Source: an uncultured Bacteroides sp. (GTDB lineage: Bacteria > Bacillota > Clostridia > Lachnospirales > Lachnospiraceae). From it: DNA of 32,000 bases. Location: the NCBI GenBank assembly GCA_945913015.1, contig CAMECH010000001.1, positions 135,287 to 167,286 of the forward strand. Reading direction: 5' to 3'. A program made the position numbers and the translations under genes. Below, piece after piece: positions 7,694 through 15,518 of the stretch; the first letter of the stretch is position 1; every line of letters starts with the position of its first letter. A model generated the notes under the pieces. That model was not told the origin of the DNA, made no database searches, and saw only the letters and a program-made list of their open reading frames with translations.

Positions 7694-8167
7694 ATGCACA
7701 TACAACTTACCGCTGACGAAAAATATATGAAAGAAGCATTAAAACAGGCACGCAAAGCTTACAGGCTCAATGAATCGCCTATAGGCTGCGTAATTGTATA
7801 CAATGATAAAATTATCGCACGCGGTTACAACCGCCGCAACACCGACAAAACCACGCTCGGACATGCCGAGATTACTGCCATACGCCGCGCAAGCAAAATT
7901 CTTGGTGACTGGAGGCTTGAGAACTGTACTATTTATATTACGCTTGAACCTTGTCAGATGTGCGCCGGAGCAATTGTGCAGGCACGCATTCCAAAAGTCG
8001 TAATCGGTGCAATGAATCCAAAAGCCGGATGTGCCGGTTCAATCCTCAATCTTCTCGAAATACCGCAGTTTAATCACCGGTGCGAAGTAACACGCGGTAT
8101 TCTTTCCGAAGAATGTTCAGAACTAATGTCGTCGTTTTTTTGTGCACTCCGCAAAAAAAATAAATAA
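7694..8167 (+). CDS. tadA: tRNA adenosine(34) deaminase
   Basis: The ORF is 157 aa. It carries the CDA-fold zinc motifs HAEITAI and LEPCQMCAGA, and its size is typical of TadA. Confidence 0.93.
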   Translation: MHIQLTADEKYMKEALKQARKAYRLNESPIGCVIVYNDKIIARGYNRRNTDKTTLGHAEITAIRRASKILGDWRLENCTIYITLEPCQMCAGAIVQARIPKVVIGAMNPKAGCAGSILNLLEIPQFNHRCEVTRGILSEECSELMSSFFCALRKKNK

Positions 8168-8226
8168 ATTTCTGATAACAAAAAATGACGCCCGTAAGCC
8201 TTTTTGCCTACTGACGCCATTTTCTA

Positions 8227-9462
8227 TTATCCAATCACACCGTTAAGCGCAGCCTTTGCTGCTGTTGCAGGTGAACCGAGGAAGATTTCAACTTTGGATG
8301 AGCCCATTCTTCCCAAAAAGTTTCTGTTATTTGTCGCAAGAATTTTCTCGCCGTCTGCCATAATTCCGCATGCACGTCCACAGCACAGGCCGCAGCCCGG
8401 TTGTGTTATAATTGCACCTGCCTCTGCAAGGTCCTTAATATAGCCTGCCGCAATTGCTTCCCTGTAAATGCTTCTGCTTGCAGGTGTAACAATCAGCCTC
8501 ATATAATCGGCAATCTTCTTACCGCGGAGAATATCTGCCGCAACCTTCAAATCCTCAAGTCGTCCATTAGTACATGAGCCAATAAACACCTGGTCAATCT
8601 TTGTACCCTTAAGCTCACTTACAGGATGTATATTATCAACCTGCGAAGGGCATGCAAGCACAGGAACAAGCTGCTCTGCGTCATATTCCATGACACGGCA
8701 GTATTCTGCGTCATCATCTGCCTTAAGCCACTTAACATCATCATAATCCACTTTTGAATACTCTGCTGTCTTTTTATCCGGCGCAAACAGTGCCGCTTTC
8801 GCTCCCGCCTCAATTGCCATATTTGCAATAGTCATTCTTGAGGCTACGCTCATTTCATCAACAGCACTTCCCGAAAATTCAAGCACCCTGTATGTGGCTC
8901 CGTCAGAACGCAAATCTCCGATAAGTCTGAGGATAATGTCCTTTGCGTATACGCCCTCCGGAAGATGTCCGTTGATTACAACCTTGATTGTCTCCGGCAC
9001 CTTAATCCACATTTCGCCTGTTCCGAGAACCGCTGCCATTTCCGTATATCCTATTCCCGAAGAAAAGCATCCGACACAACCGTATGTCGTCGTGTGTGAA
9101 TCCGTACCAAATACAATATTTCCCGGCTTTGCATATCCCATTTCAGGCATAAGCTGGTGGCATATACCGTCGGCTCTGTGGAAATGTGTCAGTCCCTGCT
9201 CCTTAACAAATGCATCTCCTATCTGAAAATGTCTTACATCCTCAACCGCACTCGTAGGAACAAGATGGTCATAAATAAGTACAACCTTATCTGCATCCCA
9301 AACCTTTGTAAATCCCATTTCACGGAACTTTTCCACAACAAACGGAATAAATATATCATGAATCATTACTCTGTCAACATTAACAGTCACAATTGCCCCC
9401 GGTCTGACATCTGTCTTTCCGGTATTTTTCATTACTATTTTTTCAATTAATGTATGTCCCAT
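8227..9462 (-). CDS. Aconitase-family dehydratase large subunit (3-isopropylmalate dehydratase LeuC / homoaconitase HacA type), copy 2
   Basis: The ORF is 411 aa with an ATG at 9462 and GAGAGG upstream. Motifs are GTDSHTTTYG, GSCTNGR and CGLCCG (Fe-S cysteines). Length is of the short archaeal-type. Confidence 0.85.
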   Translation of the reverse strand: MGHTLIEKIVMKNTGKTDVRPGAIVTVNVDRVMIHDIFIPFVVEKFREMGFTKVWDADKVVLIYDHLVPTSAVEDVRHFQIGDAFVKEQGLTHFHRADGICHQLMPEMGYAKPGNIVFGTDSHTTTYGCVGCFSSGIGYTEMAAVLGTGEMWIKVPETIKVVINGHLPEGVYAKDIILRLIGDLRSDGATYRVLEFSGSAVDEMSVASRMTIANMAIEAGAKAALFAPDKKTAEYSKVDYDDVKWLKADDDAEYCRVMEYDAEQLVPVLACPSQVDNIHPVSELKGTKIDQVFIGSCTNGRLEDLKVAADILRGKKIADYMRLIVTPASRSIYREAIAAGYIKDLAEAGAIITQPGCGLCCGRACGIMADGEKILATNNRNFLGRMGSSKVEIFLGSPATAAKAALNGVIG

Positions 9463-9485
9463 TTGATAATCCTCTCAACCTCGAT

Positions 9486-9977
9486 TTATATGATTCCGTT
9501 GCGTTTCTGCATGGCTTTTACAAGTCCGCCTGCATTAAGAATTTCCATCAGATTGTCCGGAAGCGGCTGTATCGGATACTCCCTGCCGTTAAATACAATC
9601 TTGTCATTCATTATTACATCAATCGTATCCCCTTCTTTAACCGCATCCGGAATCTCGCTGTTCTCAATAAGCAGAAGCCCGTTGTTAATTGAGTTGCGGA
9701 AAAAGATTCTCGCAAATGATTTTGCAATCACACATCGCACATTGAGATGCTTAATAATTTCCGGTGCCTGCTCTCTTGAAGAGCCGCAGCCGAAATTCTT
9801 GCCTGCAACAATAATATCTCCATCCCCTATCTGTGCCGCAAGTTCAGGGCGCAGCGGAGAAAATGCATATTTCTTCATATCGTCAACAGTCTTTAATGCA
9901 AGATATTCCGTAGGTATAATGATGTCAGTATCAATATCGTCACCAAGCACCCAGACCTTTCCTGTAAACTTATCCAT
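9486..9977 (-). CDS. Aconitase-family dehydratase small subunit (LeuD/HacB type), copy 2
   Basis: The ORF is 163 aa. Motifs are GDDIDTDIIIPTEYL, GKNFGCGSSREQAP and AKSFARIFFRNSINNGL. Confidence 0.85.
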   Translation of the reverse strand: MDKFTGKVWVLGDDIDTDIIIPTEYLALKTVDDMKKYAFSPLRPELAAQIGDGDIIVAGKNFGCGSSREQAPEIIKHLNVRCVIAKSFARIFFRNSINNGLLLIENSEIPDAVKEGDTIDVIMNDKIVFNGREYPIQPLPDNLMEILNAGGLVKAMQKRNGII

Positions 9978-10016
9978 ATATTTACTACCTTTCTTTGTTT
10001 TATTTAGACCATGCCG

Positions 10017-11261
10017 TTAGACCGTACCGCAGATTTTGCCTGCAATTGCGGATGCCGTTACAGTGGCTGCCGAACCGAGATATACCTTTGAGTTTTTATG
10101 TCCCGCACGTCCCTTGAAATTGCGCGTTCCTGTTGATATAAGTACTTCTCCGTCTCCTATTACTCCCTGACAGCTTCCCCAGCATACGCTGCAGTTTGCA
10201 TTCATAACCATGGCTCCTGCTTCCATGAATATGTCAATCAGCCCCTCATCAAGTGCCTGAAGATACACATTATTTGATGCAGGTGCAACAATAAAGCGCA
10301 CATCCGGATGTACCTTTTTACCCTTAAGAATAGATGCTGCCACTCTCAGATCATCAATACGTCCATTATTACATGAGCCAAGAAATGCTTCATCAATCTT
10401 CACATCACCAACCTCAGAAAGCGAAATTACATCATCAACAAAGTCAGGTCTTGCAACTACCGGCTCAATTTTACTTAAATCATACTCATAAACCTTTAAA
10501 AACTTTGCGTCTTCATCGCTTACATACATATTGTCAGCATTACGCCCATGCTCTTTTATAAACTGTTCAACCTTCTCGTCAGGCTCAACAATGCCTGTCT
10601 TTGCACCTGCCTCAACCGCAAGATTGCAGAGTACAAAACGGTCATTGACACTTAAGTTGTGCGCGCCCTCTCCCGCAAACTCCATAACTTTATAATTGGC
10701 GCCGTTAGCTCCGATATCACCGATGATTGTAAGAATCAGGTCTCTTGGATATACACCCTCTCTCAACTTGCCTTTCAGATTAAATCTGAGTGTCTCCGGG
10801 ACCATAACCCATGACTTTCCGGTAACCATCGCGTAAAGGAAATCAGTACAGCCTACACCCGTACCAAATGCGCCAAGCGCACCATATGAACAGGTATGTG
10901 AGTCAGCTCCGAAAATGAGCTGTCCCGGCTCAACGAATTCCTCAAACATAATCTGGTGGCAGACACCTTTGCCCTCAAAAAATTTAATTCCGTTAGCTTT
11001 TGCAAACTCACGCATTTTCTTATGAACTGCCGCAGTTTTCGGGTTTTCTGCCGGAACATTGTGGTCAACTATAAATACGAGCTTATCCTTGTCTGCAATC
11101 CTCGGATTCTTAAGCTTATTGTTATACATATCAATCGTAAGATGTGTTGTTCCGTCATTGCTCATAAGATAATCAAGCTCAACCGTATGTATCTGTCCGG
11201 GCTTTACCTCACTGACACCTGCTGCCCTCGCAATAATCTTTTCTGCTATTGTCATTCCCAT
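10017..11261 (-). CDS. Aconitase-family dehydratase large subunit (LeuC/HacA type), copy 1
   Basis: The track ORF 10017..11288 begins at a TTG. ATG 11261 (MGMTIAEKII) has GGAGG 6 nt upstream and is preferred. Motifs are GADSHTCSYG, GSCNNGR and CSVCWG. Confidence 0.85.
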   Translation of the reverse strand: MGMTIAEKIIARAAGVSEVKPGQIHTVELDYLMSNDGTTHLTIDMYNNKLKNPRIADKDKLVFIVDHNVPAENPKTAAVHKKMREFAKANGIKFFEGKGVCHQIMFEEFVEPGQLIFGADSHTCSYGALGAFGTGVGCTDFLYAMVTGKSWVMVPETLRFNLKGKLREGVYPRDLILTIIGDIGANGANYKVMEFAGEGAHNLSVNDRFVLCNLAVEAGAKTGIVEPDEKVEQFIKEHGRNADNMYVSDEDAKFLKVYEYDLSKIEPVVARPDFVDDVISLSEVGDVKIDEAFLGSCNNGRIDDLRVAASILKGKKVHPDVRFIVAPASNNVYLQALDEGLIDIFMEAGAMVMNANCSVCWGSCQGVIGDGEVLISTGTRNFKGRAGHKNSKVYLGSAATVTASAIAGKICGTV

Positions 11262-11323
11262 GATTTTCCTCCATCCTGCTCTTTTCAATAAACCTGCATC
11301 ACTCTTTGCTCAGTTAAGCAGCA

Positions 11324-11794
11324 TTACTCTTTATTAAGTGAAGCAATCAGTCCGCCTGCATTAAGGATATTCTGCATATATTCAGGCAGCTTTGTACATG
11401 TAAATTCTTTTCCGCCGGCACTTACTATTCCCTGTGTCAGGTCAACCTCAACCTCATCACCTGCATTTACATTTTCATGGACATTTTCGCACACAAGTAC
11501 CGGAAGGCCTATATTAATCGAATTTCTGTAAAATATTCTTGCAAATGATTTCGCAACCACCGCTTTAATCCCGAGCGCCTTTAAAACGCTTGGAGCCTGC
11601 TCTCTTGAAGATCCGCATCCAAAGTTATCTCCCGCAACAATTATATCGCCTTCTTTAACACCCGATGCAAAATCAGCATCAAGTGACTCAAACGCATGTG
11701 ACTTCATTTCATCGATTGTAGGCAGCAGAAGATACTGCGATGCTATAATCTGGTCTGTATCGACATCATTATTAAACTTAAAAACACGACTCAT
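11324..11794 (-). CDS. Aconitase-family dehydratase small subunit (LeuD/HacB type), copy 1
   Basis: The ORF is 156 aa. Motifs are NNDVDTDQIIASQYL, GDNFGCGSSREQAP and AKSFARIFYRNSINIGL. Confidence 0.85.
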   Translation of the reverse strand: MSRVFKFNNDVDTDQIIASQYLLLPTIDEMKSHAFESLDADFASGVKEGDIIVAGDNFGCGSSREQAPSVLKALGIKAVVAKSFARIFYRNSINIGLPVLVCENVHENVNAGDEVEVDLTQGIVSAGGKEFTCTKLPEYMQNILNAGGLIASLNKE

Positions 11795-11835
11795 AAACTA
11801 ACTGTAACCTCCCTGTATAAATTACCAACTTATTC

Positions 11836-11865
11836 ATTATACAGTTTAGGGCATGCTTTTGTAAA
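11836..11865 (-). promoter_or_regulatory. Candidate sigma-A promoter (TTTACA-18-TATAAT) for the four-gene dehydratase operon
   Basis: The minus strand reads TTTACAaaagcatgccctaaactgTATAAT. It lies about 42 nt upstream of ATG 11794. I could not see a leader, attenuator or T-box between the promoter and the start. Confidence 0.45.
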
Positions 11866-11940
11866 CAATAACCAAATTAAATCATTAAAATTTTATTGAT
11901 TGCAAATTTAAATATTGTATGATAGAATACAAATAAGTAA

Positions 11941-11969
11941 TTAAAGTTCTTGTTAAAATTTTCTATAAT
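11941..11969 (+). promoter_or_regulatory. Candidate promoter with a perfect TATAAT -10 upstream of the GNAT gene
   Basis: TTAAAG lies at 11941..11946, followed by a 17-nt spacer and TATAAT at 11964..11969. The -35 is weak. TTGATT-17-ATGATA around 11897..11925 is an alternative. Confidence 0.3.
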
Positions 11970-12196
11970 TCTTTAAGGCCTTTGGCCGTCCTGAGCTTGT
12001 AAGCCTACTGCAGTACATGAAGAATACAAGGCTTGACAATCCCGCGATAATAGTTCAGGATGAACGTATAGTTAAGCTTGACAAGGTAGTTGAGGAAGTG
12101 AAGCAGTCAGAAGAATGGGAGGCTGTGAAGATGACTTTTTTAAATACCGGTCGGAATAGATTGGAGCAGTATAGAAATGAATTCTTTAAAATTTGA
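11969..12196 (+). pseudogene. C-terminal remnant of an Rpn-family / PD-(D/E)XK nuclease 'putative transposase'-like gene
   Basis: The open frame reads FFKAFGRPELVSLLQYMKNTRLDNPAIIVQDERIVKLDKVVEEVKQSEEWEAVKMTFLNTGRNRLEQYRNEFFKI*. The QYMKNT..LDN...VKQSEEWEAV string resembles, from memory, the C-terminal region of these ~300-aa proteins common in Lachnospiraceae. No N-terminal nuclease part is present. The longest Met-initiated piece is 59 aa (12017..12196), and it overlaps the GNAT start. Confidence 0.4.
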
Positions 12197-12728
12197 ATAC
12201 AGAGAAAACGGAATTATACTGCGTATACTTTCTGCTGACGATGCGGAAAAGGTACTGCAGTTTTATGAAAAAAATAAAAATACATTTGGTTCTTATGAAA
12301 CAGAAAAGCCCGAAGGCTTCTACACAACGGAATTTCAGGAGACTCTGCTGCACGCAGAAATGGAAAGCTTTCTGAAGGGAGTACACGTCCGCTACTTTTT
12401 GTTTGACGAGCGCTTTCCTGATGACATCATCGGAAGCATTTCATTTTTTAATATAAGACACGGCCATTTTGAGCAGTGTACAACCGGGTACAAGATTGAT
12501 GAGGAATACCGCCGGCTTGGTTACGGCACAAAAATGCTTTCTCTTGCGACGCGCATTATCACGCATGATTTCGGAATTCACCGCATAGAAGCTTACATCA
12601 TGCCTTCAAACATACCTTCAGTTCATCTTGCCGAGCGATGCGGATATGAAGCTGAAGGCATTGCCAAAGGCTATGTGCGCCTGCATGGCAAATGGACAGA
12701 CCATCTGCGATATGTCTATATTGTCTGA
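12177..12728 (+). CDS. GNAT-family N-acetyltransferase (RimJ/RimL-like)
   Basis: The ORF is 183 aa. It has an acetyl-CoA motif-A-like segment (YRRLGYGTKMLSLA) and a typical RimJ-like C-terminus (HRIEAYIMPSNIPSVHLAERCGYEAEG...HGKWTDH). Confidence 0.85.
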   Translation: MNSLKFEYRENGIILRILSADDAEKVLQFYEKNKNTFGSYETEKPEGFYTTEFQETLLHAEMESFLKGVHVRYFLFDERFPDDIIGSISFFNIRHGHFEQCTTGYKIDEEYRRLGYGTKMLSLATRIITHDFGIHRIEAYIMPSNIPSVHLAERCGYEAEGIAKGYVRLHGKWTDHLRYVYIV

Positions 12729-13750
12729 TACCAGTATCCGAAATAAGGATTGCGGCAGTCGCTTCTGTGGCTTCTTTTAAAGTTATTAAAGTTAAACATA
12801 GATGCCATAAAGCGTTCTTTGTTATTGTATACTCCCGGGACTCCGACAAACAGTGCATCCGGGTCATTATGCACCCTTGCAACCAGAAGATGACGGAATG
12901 TAAAATACCCATGCATGAGAAAGCTGTTCTCTGCAACCTGTAACGTATTTTTTTCCTGCATTGTTCCAAATGCACCGTCAATCTCCGGCTGCTGCCGCCT
13001 TGCATCAAAAATCTGCTGCAGCTGCTCCGGTGTGACCTCCATACAATCATAGAAATCATCATCATCAAATGCATCCACAAAATTTCCATCTATTTTTTCA
13101 AATGTTTCTGATACTGTAAGTATCTCAGGTTTACTTTGTAATGGAACCAGACTGATTTCTTCAGCGCTGACCACCGCTTTCTCTTCCTTTTCTGCCGTAG
13201 CATCTGCCTCATTTACCGTTACTTCAACCCTATTTTCGTCTGTATCCTTGACTGTATCCTCAACTTCATCTGCCGCCTTGACTGTATCCTCAGCTTTATC
13301 TGCCTCTTCGGATGTATGCCCTGTCGAGGTACGCCTTTTTGCAGCTCCATATCTCATGTCATTTATGTCGGCGTTCTCATTTTTCCACAATACCGCAGCT
13401 GTTGAAGCCCGGCTGTCGGGTACAATGGCAATCCCCATGACATCATTCCAGTCAAATCCGCTTCCTGAAATATTTTCGGCAACGACCTGACATTCTGTCT
13501 TTCCAAAGCCATTGACAATGCTTACATCACAAAGTCTTACTGCCCCTGTAAGCCCGTTTTCTTCAGGCACCAGTGCATATACGCCGTCTTTTGCCGTTCC
13601 ATGTGAGTAAAGTCCTCTTACATTTATTGAAATGTTAACATTTTTGCTCATCATCCAGCCGGTCTGCCGGCAAAACTTTACGAATCCGCAGGAATGGCTC
13701 ATATCAGGCTGTCCTGCTATGTATTCATGCAAATAAAATAAATCACCCAT
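12716..13750 (-). CDS. Hypothetical protein with two conserved-looking end domains joined by an acidic repeat linker
   Basis: The ORF is 344 aa with an ATG at 13750. The N-domain reads YLHEYIAGQPDMSHSCGFVKFCRQ.... The C-domain ends ...VGVPGVYNNKERFMASMFNFNNFKRSHRSDCRNPYFGYWYQTI. The middle is Glu/Asp/Lys/Thr/Val-rich. I do not recognise a function. Confidence 0.7.
   Translation of the reverse strand: MGDLFYLHEYIAGQPDMSHSCGFVKFCRQTGWMMSKNVNISINVRGLYSHGTAKDGVYALVPEENGLTGAVRLCDVSIVNGFGKTECQVVAENISGSGFDWNDVMGIAIVPDSRASTAAVLWKNENADINDMRYGAAKRRTSTGHTSEEADKAEDTVKAADEVEDTVKDTDENRVEVTVNEADATAEKEEKAVVSAEEISLVPLQSKPEILTVSETFEKIDGNFVDAFDDDDFYDCMEVTPEQLQQIFDARRQQPEIDGAFGTMQEKNTLQVAENSFLMHGYFTFRHLLVARVHNDPDALFVGVPGVYNNKERFMASMFNFNNFKRSHRSDCRNPYFGYWYQTI
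13246..13305. repeat. 2 x 30-nt imperfect tandem repeat inside the acidic linker of the 344-aa ORF
   Basis: Unit 1 is ccttgactgtatcctcaacttcatctgccg (13246..13275). Unit 2 is ccttgactgtatcctcagctttatctgcct (13276..13305). Together they encode ...KAEDTVKAADEVEDTVKD.... Confidence 0.85.
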
Positions 13751-13809
13751 ATCATAGTCCCATCTACAATTACTATTGCAGTATATTCATGATATGAGTG
13801 ATTTATGAT

Positions 13810-14697
13810 TTATTTCTGCGCAAGCAAATCTGAAAGCTGTGCAAACTGCGCAAGCGTGAGCGCCTCGCCTCTTATACTTGGCGACAGGTTCATTGTTTCA
13901 AGCGCATTCAGTATTTTGTCTTTATCAATATTGTGCTCTTTGCCTTTAAGTTCACCGCTGTTTGAAAGTGAATTGACAAGCGTCTTTCTGCGCTGGTTAA
14001 ATGCAGCGCGGATAACACAAAACATAAACTCCTCGTCTTCTACGTTTACCGGAGTATTTTCGTGGCGTACAAGCTTAATTACCGCCGAATCTACATTAGG
14101 GCGCGGCATAAAGCAGCTTGCCGGCACTTTCAACACAATCTGTGCAGCGGCATAGAACTGTACTGCAAGTGAGAGTGCACCGTAATCTTTTGTTCCCGGG
14201 CCTACCTGCATGCGATCGGCGACTTCCTTCTGAACCATTATCGTTATGCTCTCCACGGGTACATGGCTCTCGAAAATCCCCATTATAATCGGTGTCGTAA
14301 TATAGTAGGGCAGATTGGCTACAACCTTTATCGGCCTGCCTCCGTTTTTCTTTTCTGCCAGCTCCTTTATATCTACCTTAAGAATATCTTCATTGATTAC
14401 CGTAACATTGTCATATGGTGCAAGTGTTTCCTTTAATATCGGAATCAGGTTTTTATCGATTTCGACCGCCGCCACTTCTCTTGCATTTTCACAGAGTATC
14501 TGAGTCATTGTTCCTATTCCCGGACCAACCTCAAGGACGAAGTCATCCTTTGTAACTCCTGCCTCGCGCACTATCTTTTCAACAACATTCCCGTCAATAA
14601 GAAAATTCTGGCCGAAACGCTTCTGAAACGCAAAATCATATTTTTTAATTATTTCCAGTGTGTTAGTCGGATTATATAAATGTTTGATATTTTCCAT
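13810..14697 (-). CDS. rsmA: 16S rRNA (adenine1518/1519-N6)-dimethyltransferase
   Basis: The ORF is 295 aa. Motifs are FGQNFLID and the SAM motif EVGPGIGTMT. It lies 11 nt downstream of the TatD gene. Confidence 0.93.
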   Translation of the reverse strand: MENIKHLYNPTNTLEIIKKYDFAFQKRFGQNFLIDGNVVEKIVREAGVTKDDFVLEVGPGIGTMTQILCENAREVAAVEIDKNLIPILKETLAPYDNVTVINEDILKVDIKELAEKKNGGRPIKVVANLPYYITTPIIMGIFESHVPVESITIMVQKEVADRMQVGPGTKDYGALSLAVQFYAAAQIVLKVPASCFMPRPNVDSAVIKLVRHENTPVNVEDEEFMFCVIRAAFNQRRKTLVNSLSNSGELKGKEHNIDKDKILNALETMNLSPSIRGEALTLAQFAQLSDLLAQK

Positions 14698-14708
14698 TAA
14701 TTATCCTT

Positions 14709-15506
14709 TCAGATATTTAAAAGGCGTCTTGCATTCCGGTTGGTCACAGCGACAACCTCTTCGTATGAAACACCCTTGATTGCAGCGATTTCCTTCGCAA
14801 TATAAGGTATGTTAAGCGAGGAATTTCTCTTTCCCCTGTTTGGTACCGGTGAAAGATACGGACTGTCCGTCTCAAGCACAATCTGCTCAAGCGGTACATA
14901 ATCCACTACTTCCTTAAGCTTTCTTCCGTTCTTAAATGTGACAACTCCGCCTATTCCAAAATAAAAGCCATTGTCAAGATAAAAGCGTGCGCTTTCTTTT
15001 GAGTATGAATAGCAGTGGATTATACCGCCTATTTCACCTGCATGTGTGGCTCTAAGTATATCTTCCGTATCCATCGCCGCATCCCTTGAATGTATCATAA
15101 TCGGAAGGCTTACCTCGCGCGCAAGTTCAATCTGGCATTCAAACCACTTTTTCTGCTCTTCCCTTGTTGTTTTTGGATTATCATAATCCTGACATTCGTA
15201 GTAATCCAGACCAATCTCGCCTATTGCCACTATCTTATCAAGACCGACAGCCTGCTCTTTAATCCAGTCAATATCTCTTTGCGTAAGACCGGCTACCTCA
15301 TCAGGATGAACACCAAGAGCACCATACATAAAATCGTACTCTTTTACAAGTTCAATGGTATTGTGGCAGCCGCTTACCGACGCTGCCACATTTACCACAT
15401 ATTCAATTCCGTTGGAAGGAAGGCTCGATAAAAGCGCTCTCCTGTCCGTGTCAAATGCCTCATCATCATAGTGGGCATGTGTTTCAAATATCATTGTCTT
15501 TTCCAT
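14709..15506 (-). CDS. TatD-family metal-dependent hydrolase (YabD-like)
   Basis: The ORF is 265 aa. Motifs are FETHAHYDD, AIGEIGLDY, IHSRDA and ETDSPYL. It lies 12 nt downstream of metG, as in the Bacillus metS-yabD synteny. Confidence 0.9.
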   Translation of the reverse strand: MEKTMIFETHAHYDDEAFDTDRRALLSSLPSNGIEYVVNVAASVSGCHNTIELVKEYDFMYGALGVHPDEVAGLTQRDIDWIKEQAVGLDKIVAIGEIGLDYYECQDYDNPKTTREEQKKWFECQIELAREVSLPIMIHSRDAAMDTEDILRATHAGEIGGIIHCYSYSKESARFYLDNGFYFGIGGVVTFKNGRKLKEVVDYVPLEQIVLETDSPYLSPVPNRGKRNSSLNIPYIAKEIAAIKGVSYEEVVAVTNRNARRLLNI

Positions 15507-15518
15507 ATCAGTATCAGC

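Noticed and set aside
8168-8226. I looked for an SRP/4.5S RNA gene or a bidirectional terminator after tadA, since ffs follows tadA in Bacillus.
   Set aside because: Only 59 nt are available. They contain a 7-nt direct repeat (TGACGCC x2) but no convincing hairpin, and they are too short for ffs.
9454-10020. A 188-aa plus-strand ORF spanning the LeuD-like copy 2. Similar antisense ORFs occur in metG (16039..16473), the 861-aa gene (18722..19171) and ileS (28994..29617, 29451..30014).
   Set aside because: All are antisense to genes with unmistakable conserved motifs, and none has recognisable protein features.
11941-11975. A CodY-box-like string, AATTTTCTATAATTC, between the dehydratase operon and the GNAT gene.
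   Set aside because: I count about 12/15 matches to AATTTTCWGAAAATT in an AT-rich spacer. It overlaps the TATAAT box, so a chance match is likely.
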